DNA of 64,000 nt, taken from an uncultured archaeon (GTDB taxonomy: Archaea > Asgardarchaeota > Lokiarchaeia > Sigyniarchaeales > SOKP01). The translations under genes and the position numbers were made by a program. The stretch spans positions 18,809-82,808 of the forward strand of contig CAZOYD010000004.1 in assembly GCA_964583985.1 (NCBI GenBank). Reading direction: 5' to 3'. Each line of letters starts with the position of its first letter. The first letter of the stretch is position 1. This document shows positions 9,815-19,541 of the stretch, piece after piece. Under the pieces are notes generated by a model, which saw only the letters and a program-made list of their open reading frames with translations, was not told the DNA's origin and did not search any database.

Positions 9815-11239
9815 ATGACAAGTAATATTTTTGGAACATCGGGCATCAGGCGCATTTTTCAGAATTATTCCGAAACCGATCTCATGTTCACTCCTCAAAT
9901 AGCATTAGAAGTGGGTTTGGCACTCGGAACGTATTTAAAAGGAGGAAATGTGGTTATTGGGAAAGATATTCGGACTTCTGCCTTACCTATTGAATACGCA
10001 TTAATTTCAGGATTAGTAAGTACCGGATGCAAAGTAATTACTTTAGGAATAGTAACAACCCCTACATTAGCCATATCTTTGCGATATCTCAAGGGTGATG
10101 CTGGTGTAATGATTACCGCGAGTCATAATACCCCAGAATACATTGGTCTCAAATTGTGGAATCCTTCTGGTTTGGGATATTCCCCAGATCAAGAAGAAGA
10201 AATTGAACGAATATTTAACGAAAAGGATTTTGCTAAAACTGAATGGTATGATATCGGTAAGGTTACTCACGTAAATGATATTAATGATACCCATATTTTA
10301 GATGTTACAAATCGGATATTATTCAATGGGAATAAATTAAACGTAATTGTTGATCCAGGAAACGGAGCTGGATGTGTTATTGTTCCTAAATTATTAACAA
10401 AATATGATATAAATATTATCACTCTTAACGCTAATATGGATGGCCGTTTTCCTGGACGTCAATCGGAACCTAGTAAAAAAAACTTAGAACAAATATCTAA
10501 TTTTTTGAGAACGTCTAATCAAAATGATATTGGGATTGCATTAGATGGGGATGCTGACAGAGTAATTTTTTTAGATGAAGATGGTAAAATTGTAGATCCC
10601 ATTAGATTGTTAGCGTTATTATCAAAGTATTATATTCAAGAGTTTCATGATTCACTAACGAAAGAAAAACTAAAAATAGCGACACCAATTAACTCTTCAA
10701 GTCTAATTGAGGATGTATTGCACCCAATGGGATGTGAAATTATACGTACTGAAGTGGGCGATATTAAAGTTGCCATAGCATTAGAGGAGAATGGAGGTTT
10801 TTTAGGTGGGGAAACATCAGGAACTTATATCTGGCCTGATTTTCATTATGGTCCAGATTCAATTATAACAATCGCTAAAGTATTACAAATGGTTGTTAAT
10901 ACTGGAAAGTCGTTAAATGATCTTTTGATTGATATTCCAGACTATCCATATTATCGTGATCAATTTAAATTAAAGAAGGATATTCCTTTTAAGGATGAAA
11001 TCAATGAGAAAATTATCAACATAATGAATGAAACCTTTGATTCTCTAAATAAGACAGTAAAATCAATAAACCAACTTGATGGGTGTAGATTTGATTTCCA
11101 AGATGGTTGGATTTTAATTAGGAGATCGGGTACAAGCCCATATCTCAGAATTTCCGGTGAATCTCGTATAAATATGGAAGAATCAATTAGAATTAATAAT
11201 TTCGCAGAAGACAACATGCGTAAATTAGATTTAATATAA
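9815..11239 (+). CDS. glmM: phosphoglucosamine / phosphomannomutase (alpha-D-phosphohexomutase family)
   Basis: 474 aa. FGTSGIRR, catalytic Ser loop ITASHNTPEYIGLKLW, Mg loop ALDGDADRV, sugar loop GGETSG, phosphate loop RRSGTSPYLR. Confidence 0.85.
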   Translation: MTSNIFGTSGIRRIFQNYSETDLMFTPQIALEVGLALGTYLKGGNVVIGKDIRTSALPIEYALISGLVSTGCKVITLGIVTTPTLAISLRYLKGDAGVMITASHNTPEYIGLKLWNPSGLGYSPDQEEEIERIFNEKDFAKTEWYDIGKVTHVNDINDTHILDVTNRILFNGNKLNVIVDPGNGAGCVIVPKLLTKYDINIITLNANMDGRFPGRQSEPSKKNLEQISNFLRTSNQNDIGIALDGDADRVIFLDEDGKIVDPIRLLALLSKYYIQEFHDSLTKEKLKIATPINSSSLIEDVLHPMGCEIIRTEVGDIKVAIALEENGGFLGGETSGTYIWPDFHYGPDSIITIAKVLQMVVNTGKSLNDLLIDIPDYPYYRDQFKLKKDIPFKDEINEKIINIMNETFDSLNKTVKSINQLDGCRFDFQDGWILIRRSGTSPYLRISGESRINMEESIRINNFAEDNMRKLDLI

Positions 11240-11258
11240 TAAGTAAATTTAGTATTCT

Positions 11259-12371
11259 CTATATCCCCGAGACTTTCGAGAGAAATTTAGGGGTATCACA
11301 ATTGATACCATTTATCCTTGAAATTTCTAAAGTTAATAGCTGAACTGCTAAAATCATGATTAAAGGTTGTAGATCCATAATTGTATTTGGAACTTGGATT
11401 CCAAAATCAATAGGAGCAGGTATTTCTTCATTTTGCATTATTTCATAAATTCCAAATACCGTAGCGTTTCGTTCTTTAATCCGGGAAAGTAAGTTAATTA
11501 AATTTATTTTTCTTTTATCTTCTTCATGAGGGATGATAGCTAATATGCAACTCTTTGAATCTGCAAGTGTTATAGGACCATGGGGAAATTCTGCTGTAGA
11601 ATATGCTTGACCAAATATTCTAGCTCCTTCCTTTAATTTTAAAGCCGCTTCCATTGCTGTTGCATAATCTGGTCCACTACCCAAAATAAAGCAAAATTCA
11701 GCAAATTTGAAATAATGGGAATTAAATTTGATCTCTTTATGTAGTTTTGGCAAAACAGAATACAACTTATCTGGTATTCTGATTAATTCTACCCAGATTT
11801 CGTTATATTCTGTGTTTTGAATAGTTCTATTTGCTTTAGCTATTTCCAATGAAAGCATTGATAAAATTGCTAATTCTGTCACATAAGTTTTTGTAGCTAA
11901 AACAGAATTCTCAATACCACATTCCAAAGAAATATTATAATCACATACACTTGCAAGAGTAGCATTTAAATTATTTGTGATACCAATGGTTAAACATCCA
12001 AGAGTTTTAGAAATATTAATAGATTCAATTGTATCTAATGTTTCTCCGCTTTGGGATAAAGCAATAACACAATCTTCCTCACTTAAGATAGGTTTTATCA
12101 GATATTGAAATTCCATGCTATATTCTGTAAACGTGGGGATTTTTGTTATCCGATTGAACATGTATGATATTGCAAAGCCAGCATGATAAGAACTACCTGC
12201 TCCAATTAAATAAATATGGTGCGTATTTCTTTCGACTATAATCTCGCTTATTTCAGAAATTAATTTTTTTTGATGTATAACCCTTTTTAAACATTCAGGA
12301 ATTTCAAAGATTTCCTTCTCTGTTTGATTTCCTAATCCATCTTTATTAGTTAGATTATGAATATTATTCAA
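11259..12371 (-). CDS. double-SIS-domain sugar-phosphate isomerase / deaminase (GlmS isomerase-half homologue, GlmD/AgaS-like)
   Basis: 370 aa. SIS motifs LIGAGSSYHAG, ALSQSGETLDT and GSGPDYATAMEAALKLKE. No N-terminal Cys glutaminase domain. Confidence 0.7.
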   Translation of the reverse strand: MNNIHNLTNKDGLGNQTEKEIFEIPECLKRVIHQKKLISEISEIIVERNTHHIYLIGAGSSYHAGFAISYMFNRITKIPTFTEYSMEFQYLIKPILSEEDCVIALSQSGETLDTIESINISKTLGCLTIGITNNLNATLASVCDYNISLECGIENSVLATKTYVTELAILSMLSLEIAKANRTIQNTEYNEIWVELIRIPDKLYSVLPKLHKEIKFNSHYFKFAEFCFILGSGPDYATAMEAALKLKEGARIFGQAYSTAEFPHGPITLADSKSCILAIIPHEEDKRKINLINLLSRIKERNATVFGIYEIMQNEEIPAPIDFGIQVPNTIMDLQPLIMILAVQLLTLEISRINGINCDTPKFLSKVSGI

Positions 12372-12411
12372 GATATTGTCTCTCTTTGAATTCTGGATTT
12401 ATAATAAGTGG

Positions 12412-12427
12412 AATATTGAGCAATATT
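12412..12427. promoter_or_regulatory. AT-rich palindrome AATATTG-AG-CAATATT in the divergent SIS-gene / glmS intergenic region
   Basis: Read directly. Composed almost only of A/T, so chance occurrence is plausible. Confidence 0.15.
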
Positions 12428-12552
12428 TTAGCAAATTATAATAAATTAATAGTATATATCCAAGATAATCTAAAAATATATAACATAATTTTTTAACTTA
12501 TTCAAAGATTTATTCATATAATTACATTTTAATTGGAGAGTAGAGCATACAT

Positions 12553-14409
12553 ATGTGTGGGATTTTTGGAATAGTCACTAATCAAGATATTTCTATTGGA
12601 AAAGTTGTTCTCGATGGAATTAGGAGATTAGAATATCGAGGATATGATTCATGTGGTATTGTGGTCCAATATGATTCTCAATTAATAATTAAGAAAGATT
12701 CCGGGAAAATTGATGAGATTAATAAAAAATTGCATCTTGATGAGTTTCCTGAAGGTTCCAAACTAGCTCTTGCTCATACTAGATGGGCGACACACGGACC
12801 TCCAACAAAAATTAACAGCCATCCACACTTGGATTGTAAGAATAAAGTTGCTGTTATTCATAATGGAATACTTGAGAATTTTATAGAATTACGAGAAGAA
12901 TTAAAATCTCTAAATCATGTATTCAAATCTGAGACTGATACAGAAATTATTCCACATTTAATTGAAGATCTAATGGATAAAGGATTAGATTTTAAAAATG
13001 CTGTTGTACAAGCAATAAAAAAGTGCAAGGGTGCTTTTGGAATTGCTACATGTCATGCCGATTATCCCGATACGATCATTGTAGTTAGGAGGGAATCCCC
13101 ATTAGTCATTGGGATTGATGAAGGAAAAACCACTTATTGTGCATCTGATATCCCTGCATTTTTACCATATACTCGCCATTGTTATATATTAGATGATGAA
13201 GAAATTGCTATTTTAAAACCAGGAACCGTAGAATTTTATAATTTAAACAATATTGATGACCCCATAATAAAAGAACTACAAAGAATAGAGTGGAGTATTG
13301 ATGCTGCAGAAAAAGGAGGATTTGATCACTTCATGTTAAAAGAAATATACGAAGAACCAAAAGCCATGAGGAATACATTGAAAATTTCAGTAGAATTACT
13401 CAAGAAGTTTGCTCAAATATTATGGAGCGCTAAAAATATATTTATAACTGCAGCAGGGACTTCTTTTTATGCGGCTTTAGCTGGAAAACATATCATAACA
13501 CATTTTCTTGACAAATATATCCAAGGTATTGAATGCTCTGAATTTCAAATAGAATTAGGAAATTCTCTCCAAGAAGGAACAGTGATTATTGTCCTCTCAC
13601 AATCAGGAGAAACTGTGGATACCATCGAAGCAATTCGTTGGGCTAAGAATAAATTAGGGAAAAAAGTAACTGTAATCGCTATTACGAATGTTGTAGGATC
13701 TTCTATTACACGTTATTCGGATCACGTGATAGTAACTCAAGCAGGACCCGAAATAGGTGTTGCAGCCACAAAAACATATTGTACCCAAGTACTAACGCTT
13801 GCTCTTGTTGCATTAGAGATTGCTAAACTTCGAAAAATATACTCTTCTGAAGAAATCGAAAAATATTATTACGCTCTTAAAGCCACTCCAAATATTATTG
13901 AGAACTTTCTTGATACAAATGTAGAACATATTAAAGATATTGTAAATAATCTTGAGCAAAGTCAAAGTTTTTTTTATTTGGCACGAGGAATTTCAATAGC
14001 GACCGCTAAAGAAGGTGGTTTAAAGTTAAAGGAAGTAGCTTGTCGTTTTATTGAAGGATATTCAGCAGCTCATGCAAAACACGGGCCTATCTCATTAGTC
14101 CGAGAAGGATTCCCAATTATTTTTATTGCGCCACCGGATGAAACTTATTCTAGATTAGTAGGAAATGTTATGGAATTTAAAGCACGAGGTGGCAAGATAA
14201 TATCGGTAGTCGTAGAAGATGATAAGCAGATCACCAATCTGAGCGATATTACAATAAGAATACCTCAACCTGGGGATAAATACAACAACATTTTTAGTCC
14301 GATCACTTTTACACCTGCATTACAACTTCTCTCTTATTATGCAGCGTTATATCATGGACTTGATCCTGACAAACCATTAAATTTATCGAAGACTGTAACG
14401 GTTCACTAA
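12553..14409 (+). CDS. glmS: glutamine--fructose-6-phosphate aminotransferase
   Basis: 618 aa. Starts MCGIFGI (Ntn Cys), RLEYRGYDS, two SIS domains (LSQSGETVDT; EGGLKLKE), ends TVTVH. Confidence 0.95.
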   Translation: MCGIFGIVTNQDISIGKVVLDGIRRLEYRGYDSCGIVVQYDSQLIIKKDSGKIDEINKKLHLDEFPEGSKLALAHTRWATHGPPTKINSHPHLDCKNKVAVIHNGILENFIELREELKSLNHVFKSETDTEIIPHLIEDLMDKGLDFKNAVVQAIKKCKGAFGIATCHADYPDTIIVVRRESPLVIGIDEGKTTYCASDIPAFLPYTRHCYILDDEEIAILKPGTVEFYNLNNIDDPIIKELQRIEWSIDAAEKGGFDHFMLKEIYEEPKAMRNTLKISVELLKKFAQILWSAKNIFITAAGTSFYAALAGKHIITHFLDKYIQGIECSEFQIELGNSLQEGTVIIVLSQSGETVDTIEAIRWAKNKLGKKVTVIAITNVVGSSITRYSDHVIVTQAGPEIGVAATKTYCTQVLTLALVALEIAKLRKIYSSEEIEKYYYALKATPNIIENFLDTNVEHIKDIVNNLEQSQSFFYLARGISIATAKEGGLKLKEVACRFIEGYSAAHAKHGPISLVREGFPIIFIAPPDETYSRLVGNVMEFKARGGKIISVVVEDDKQITNLSDITIRIPQPGDKYNNIFSPITFTPALQLLSYYAALYHGLDPDKPLNLSKTVTVH

Positions 14410-14413
14410 TAAT

Positions 14414-15910
14414 TTACTTCTGCACCATTTTTACTTGAAATATATGAGATTTCCACGGATTTAATTTAATGAATAGTCCAAATTCATCCAAATCTTTACC
14501 TAAATATTTGAATTCTTGATCAGTAATGAGATCTTTAAAGCTCCAGTGTGAAAAACCATACTGTTTTCCTTTTATTTTAATATGTGCTTTAGCAGGAGTA
14601 GTGCTGTAATTGACAACTATCAAGAAGTCTTGTTGATCTGCTTCCCAAACATATGAAATGATGTTTTTAAATGAGGTATCCTCAAGATCAACAGGATTAA
14701 CATTACATAGTGACCAGTGAGATTTATGCTTCTCTATGTGTGTAATAATTTCTAATAGTTTATTGTAAAACTCTGATATTTTTAAGTTGGGCGTTTCTAA
14801 TGGATATTTTCCTAATTGAACAGGTAATTTTATTTCATTTCCATCCATTTGACCCTCGTATATTAGGAAAGCTCCGGGCAAAGTCATGATTATTAACGCG
14901 GCAGCGAGTGATGATTCTTCACCAAAAACATTAACTGCTCTTTCTTCGTCATGATTTTCAATATACCTTAATAATTTAGTTTGATATTCCCATTCTGCTT
15001 GAAGATAGGAAATCACATCTTGAGCCTTATCACTTTTTAGGCGATCATACAATTTCTTATCATAGCAGAAATCAAATCCTTGCTGTTGCAACTTCCATTC
15101 CATATCCCAATACACTTCAGCAATAAATAAGAAATTAGGAAATTTTTCCTTCACCTTGGGAATCACTTCTATCCAAAAATCAATTTCTGGAATGGTTCTA
15201 ACTTTTTCACTCCATGTTTTACTAAATACTTCATTTGTCATCAACATCGCCATATCACATCTAACACCATCACATTGTTCTGCAATTGATAATAATGTAT
15301 TAATAGCTTTCACACGGGCATCTTTTGAGAACGCATTAATCTGGATAGTATCTATCCATGGTGGAAAATTTGGATCTTTACCATAGGCAAATACTTTTTC
15401 TCCAATGGAGAAATATTCATAAGGTTTTGTCATTAGGTCTTGAAGCGTTCCACCAATAAATAAATCTGATTTTTCTAATGTCCATATGTTATCAATTGCC
15501 ATATGATTGGGGACATAATCAAGAATTAATCGAATTCCTCGTTGTTTTAAATCCTCTCGAAAGGATTCCATCGCTTTTTTACCTCCTAAATGGGAATCAA
15601 CATGATAATAAAATATAGAATATGGAGAACCAACCACATCTTCCGTACTATAATATCTTAAAGCTTTTCTATACTCCTCCTGTAAACCTTCATGATTTAT
15701 TGCTATTTCCTTTCCTTTTGGACTTCTTTCCCACACTCCCATTGGCCATACCGTGTCAAACTTGCTTAATTTCTTATCAATAATATCGATGGGTATATTT
15801 TCTAAATTAATATCATGTCCGTATTTCTCAGAGAGTTTGTTAAGCCAAGGCCAAGTATTAATCTCGTATATTTTTGGATGTTTAGACCAATTTAAATTTC
15901 TATATGTCAT
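14414..15910 (-). CDS. GH13-family alpha-amylase-like glycosidase
   Basis: 498 aa. GH13 regions I LILDYVPNH, II GVRCDMAM, III FIAEVYW, IV YIENHDE. Confidence 0.8.
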   Translation of the reverse strand: MTYRNLNWSKHPKIYEINTWPWLNKLSEKYGHDINLENIPIDIIDKKLSKFDTVWPMGVWERSPKGKEIAINHEGLQEEYRKALRYYSTEDVVGSPYSIFYYHVDSHLGGKKAMESFREDLKQRGIRLILDYVPNHMAIDNIWTLEKSDLFIGGTLQDLMTKPYEYFSIGEKVFAYGKDPNFPPWIDTIQINAFSKDARVKAINTLLSIAEQCDGVRCDMAMLMTNEVFSKTWSEKVRTIPEIDFWIEVIPKVKEKFPNFLFIAEVYWDMEWKLQQQGFDFCYDKKLYDRLKSDKAQDVISYLQAEWEYQTKLLRYIENHDEERAVNVFGEESSLAAALIIMTLPGAFLIYEGQMDGNEIKLPVQLGKYPLETPNLKISEFYNKLLEIITHIEKHKSHWSLCNVNPVDLEDTSFKNIISYVWEADQQDFLIVVNYSTTPAKAHIKIKGKQYGFSHWSFKDLITDQEFKYLGKDLDEFGLFIKLNPWKSHIFQVKMVQK

Positions 15911-16114
15911 GAATTCGCACTTGTTTTTTTCTAATGATTATTATTTATCTAACTTTCTTAATAAACTGAAGTTACTAACTTCCTCTTTAATTTTAATTTA
16001 TGATTTATTCTTATATTAAGATAAGCTCCTAAGTTAAAGAATAAAAAGAATACATATAAATTTCAAAATAATCATAACTATATTAAGAAATTATTATGAA
16101 CACAAGTGGTTAAA

Positions 16115-16687
16115 ATGAGTTCTGAAGAAGAAAAGGATGCTTTACGCCAACTTATCATGCTTATATCTGATTTACGTGCTAAAGATGAGGAGCGATATGA
16201 AGCTCATGTTAATTTTATGAACGAAACAATCAAAATGATTAGCGCTATTGAATCTCAAATGAATAAACATTGGTCAACAGTATTGGATTCATTAGGAGAA
16301 TTAAATGAAAACATTAATGATAATTTAGATTCGTTATTGACTGGTATCAATCCAAAAGGACTTCGTGAAACTTCAAAATCACTCCAAGAGATAATGGAAA
16401 CGATGAATCGTAGTGTCCAATCAATGAATTTAGAGAAAGTTCTTAGTGAATTAAAATTCTTGAAAGCTAACACCATTCCTAATGAGATCCCCATGACGAG
16501 TCAAGTAATCACTGCAACCCAAAAACCTGAAACCATAAGCGCTGGAATCAATTTAAATACTCCTACACCCGTACCTGCAACGCCCCCAGATCAAAAACCC
16601 GAAGTCTATGGTTATGTTCCTAAGAAGAAAAAGAAAGATGATGAAGATGAGCCCCATCTCATGAGACCTTCAGATTTGTTCAAATAA
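16115..16687 (+). CDS. hypothetical protein: acidic helical N-domain plus Pro-rich / basic-acidic tail
   Basis: ORF 16106..16687. ATG at 16115 preferred over GTG at 16106. Tail reads TPTPVPATPPDQKPEVYGYVPKKKKKDDEDEP. Confidence 0.5.
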   Translation: MSSEEEKDALRQLIMLISDLRAKDEERYEAHVNFMNETIKMISAIESQMNKHWSTVLDSLGELNENINDNLDSLLTGINPKGLRETSKSLQEIMETMNRSVQSMNLEKVLSELKFLKANTIPNEIPMTSQVITATQKPETISAGINLNTPTPVPATPPDQKPEVYGYVPKKKKKDDEDEPHLMRPSDLFK

Positions 16688-16724
16688 GTAATTTTTAGTT
16701 TTTATCTCTTTATATTTTCTTTTC

Positions 16725-18074
16725 TTACTTAAAATTATTCATAAATTTAGTCAGTTCTCCTTTTACTTCATCTAAATCTTCCCCTATCTTTTTAAATTTT
16801 ATTACAATTGCAGGGATTCCAATCTCATTGTTAAATTTTTCCATAATAGAATTATAGATGTTCGATATTGAAGGACAACCAGAAACTTGATTAAAAATTA
16901 CCCCATCAATTTTTAAATCCTTTGCAGCTTTAATATAAGAGTGAGTTAATGCTTCTTTATCACATCCTAATCCCTTATTTGATGCATCTAAAAGAAATTT
17001 AGCATAAGCTCCTATTGGATCCAGTTTTGACGATACAGGAATTTCTTCTAATAAGCCGAAAATATCCCAGTCCGCATAAATTATGCGCCCTCCTAAATTA
17101 TATATCATTTCATGAACCTTGGGATCCCATCCAGAGAATATTGGAGTAAAAAGCAATCGAGGTGTCCCAGATACATCAGTACCAATCTTTTTTCGAATTC
17201 TCTTCCTCATTTCTTTTACCAAATGCCCAATATTATCTAAATATCTTTGAGCATTTGAGTTATAATCTTGAAAGGAAATAGTTAGTAAAGCCAATATTTC
17301 TGCTAAGGTTGCAGGATTGGAAGGATAAAAATCAGAAGCACATATTTCATACAAAATTGTTTTGTAAAATCTTTTTACTTGGTTTCCTATTCGAAATTGC
17401 TTTTTTAAACTTTCTTCAGTAACGATGTTTCCAGTTATATTTTCCAATTGTAAAATTGCTTTTTTTATGTTTTTGACCATTAATTCTAAAGCTTCATCGG
17501 TAGATCCCATTTCTTTTGGGGGGATATCAACCCAAATTTGAGGGGACGAGGTGGAGTTCAGTGATTCTGAAAATGTATTCCATTCTCCACATCTCATTGC
17601 AAAATTGAGATTCGCATCTATATTTTTTCCTTTTGAGATATGCATTCCATAAAGCGCATTAATACCATAACATAAATCAGATGGTACTCCATTTTTAACC
17701 CCCAAATCATACATCGCATTATATTTTTGATTAATAGAAGTAATAAGTTCTTCAAGAATTTTATCTACAATTTTAAGAATATCAAACTGCCTGGCAAGAT
17801 CCAAGGCTTTTGAGGTCAAATCCCAACCCAATACACTTGTTGCAGAGTTTAATGCTAATAAAAGAGTATTTAATTTGAACGTGTCCATTCTAATTGGAAA
17901 AACAGGAAGCGCTCCTGCAGCAAAAACGAGATCAGGAAAACCTAAAGCCACGGATATTAATTTTTTTCTTTCACGAGTTTTTTTTCTTTTTAAATATTCT
18001 TTTCCAGTTAAAAAATTATAGGACATTTTTAACACGGATGCAAAACTGATTACATCATCAGCGTAAATGCTCAT
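16725..18074 (-). CDS. 2-hydroxyacyl-CoA dehydratase / BcrC-BadD-HgdB family (HGD-D) protein, paralogue B
   Basis: 449 aa. Colinear with the 18183..19541 product (shared MS.YAD, SVLKMSYN, DFYP.NPAT..EILALL.ISFQDYNSNA.RY). Conserved Cys positions. Confidence 0.7.
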   Translation of the reverse strand: MSIYADDVISFASVLKMSYNFLTGKEYLKRKKTRERKKLISVALGFPDLVFAAGALPVFPIRMDTFKLNTLLLALNSATSVLGWDLTSKALDLARQFDILKIVDKILEELITSINQKYNAMYDLGVKNGVPSDLCYGINALYGMHISKGKNIDANLNFAMRCGEWNTFSESLNSTSSPQIWVDIPPKEMGSTDEALELMVKNIKKAILQLENITGNIVTEESLKKQFRIGNQVKRFYKTILYEICASDFYPSNPATLAEILALLTISFQDYNSNAQRYLDNIGHLVKEMRKRIRKKIGTDVSGTPRLLFTPIFSGWDPKVHEMIYNLGGRIIYADWDIFGLLEEIPVSSKLDPIGAYAKFLLDASNKGLGCDKEALTHSYIKAAKDLKIDGVIFNQVSGCPSISNIYNSIMEKFNNEIGIPAIVIKFKKIGEDLDEVKGELTKFMNNFK

Positions 18075-18182
18075 TATTTGCTAGACTCCAAGAATATTTT
18101 ATAATTATCCTTCTTATGATTTATCATTTACTACAATTTGAGAAATGTTCTATATATATATAAAATATCACGATACTTATTT

Positions 18183-19541
18183 CTATTTGAACATTTCCAT
18201 GAAAGCCCCAAGACGAGTGGTAACTTGCTCAATATTATCTCCTATTCGATTGAAAGTTAATGATATTGATGGAATTTCTAACTCTTTTCTTATCTTATCT
18301 TTTAAAAGCCTATAACAATTAGACACCGAATGACATCCGAATAATTGATTAAACACTATTCCATCAACTCCTAATTTTTCAGCAACACGAACATAGGAAT
18401 CGGTTAAAACATTATTATCGCATCCAATTCCATTTTCAGTTGCATTCGTTAGGAAATAAGCATATGCTTCAACAGGATCTGATTTACTTGAAATCGGAAT
18501 ATCATCAAGGAAGTGAAGGACGTCCCAATCAACATATAGAGCCCTTCCTCCAAGTTTATATATGATCTCGTGAGTTTTAGGCTCCCAACCGCCGAACATA
18601 GGCGTAACCATAATTTTATGATATTTTGAGACATCCATACCAATTCCCTTTTTAATTCTCTCCCTCATTTCATCAACCATTTGATGTATATTTTCAGCAT
18701 ACCTCTTAGCATTTGAGTTATAATCTTGAAAACTAATACTAAGCAAGGCTAATATTTCACTAAAAGTGGCAGGATTGCATGGATAAAAATCTGAAGCTCC
18801 AATCTCATAAATTATGGTTTTATAATCCCTGCGAATTTGATTTGATACTTTAAAATGTTCTCTCAATTGATTATCACTGTATGAATTGCCACTTATTTTC
18901 TCAAGATCGGTTAGAGCATGTCTAATATTATCTTCAAGCAACTCGATGGCATTTCCTATATTTCTTGGAGGAATATCAAGCCAAATTTGTGTAACATCAC
19001 TTTTTATACTTTTTAAAGATTCTAAATATTTATTCCATGCGCTACATCTGATGGAATAATTGATGGTAGCACTCACGTTTTTCATTTTTGAAACGTGCAT
19101 TCCAACTAAAGTTTTTAAAGCAAAGCAGAAATCACTCGATATCCCTCTTTCGACTCCAATATCATACATCTCATTATATTTTTCATTTAATGTTTCTATT
19201 ACACCTTCGATAATCTCATCAATTACCTTATTGACATCTTCAATCCCCGCGTTTTTTACATATCCTAAAATTTTTGAAACATTATCCCACCCTAAAATAC
19301 TTGAAGCTGAACCTAAATAAGAAAGATATTTACTGACTTTGAAAACCTCCATTCGAATGGGAAATACGGGTATGAGATTTGGAAACCCAAAGAGCAAATC
19401 AGAAAAGGGTAATGCAACAGAAATAAGATGTTTTTTTTCTCTTAATTTTTTCCTTTTTAATTCATCTCTACCCGCTATTAGGTTATAGGACATCTTTAAA
19501 ACTGATGAAAATCTGATAATTTCATCTGCATACAAACTCAT
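18183..19541 (-). CDS. 2-hydroxyacyl-CoA dehydratase / BcrC-BadD-HgdB family (HGD-D) protein, paralogue A
   Basis: 452 aa. Its ATG overlaps the TAA stop of the upstream HGD-D gene (TAATG at 19541). Family assigned by similarity to the neighbour and by operon context with the activase. Confidence 0.7.
   Translation of the reverse strand: MSLYADEIIRFSSVLKMSYNLIAGRDELKRKKLREKKHLISVALPFSDLLFGFPNLIPVFPIRMEVFKVSKYLSYLGSASSILGWDNVSKILGYVKNAGIEDVNKVIDEIIEGVIETLNEKYNEMYDIGVERGISSDFCFALKTLVGMHVSKMKNVSATINYSIRCSAWNKYLESLKSIKSDVTQIWLDIPPRNIGNAIELLEDNIRHALTDLEKISGNSYSDNQLREHFKVSNQIRRDYKTIIYEIGASDFYPCNPATFSEILALLSISFQDYNSNAKRYAENIHQMVDEMRERIKKGIGMDVSKYHKIMVTPMFGGWEPKTHEIIYKLGGRALYVDWDVLHFLDDIPISSKSDPVEAYAYFLTNATENGIGCDNNVLTDSYVRVAEKLGVDGIVFNQLFGCHSVSNCYRLLKDKIRKELEIPSISLTFNRIGDNIEQVTTRLGAFMEMFK

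Noticed and set aside
16115-16687. Interpretation of the 190-aa helical/Pro-rich protein as an ESCRT-III (Snf7/CdvB) homologue
   Set aside because: The N-terminal helices are acidic rather than basic, I could see no Snf7-like motif, and there is no Vps4/ESCRT neighbour. Only the MIM2-like tail remains as a weak hint (reported at low interest).
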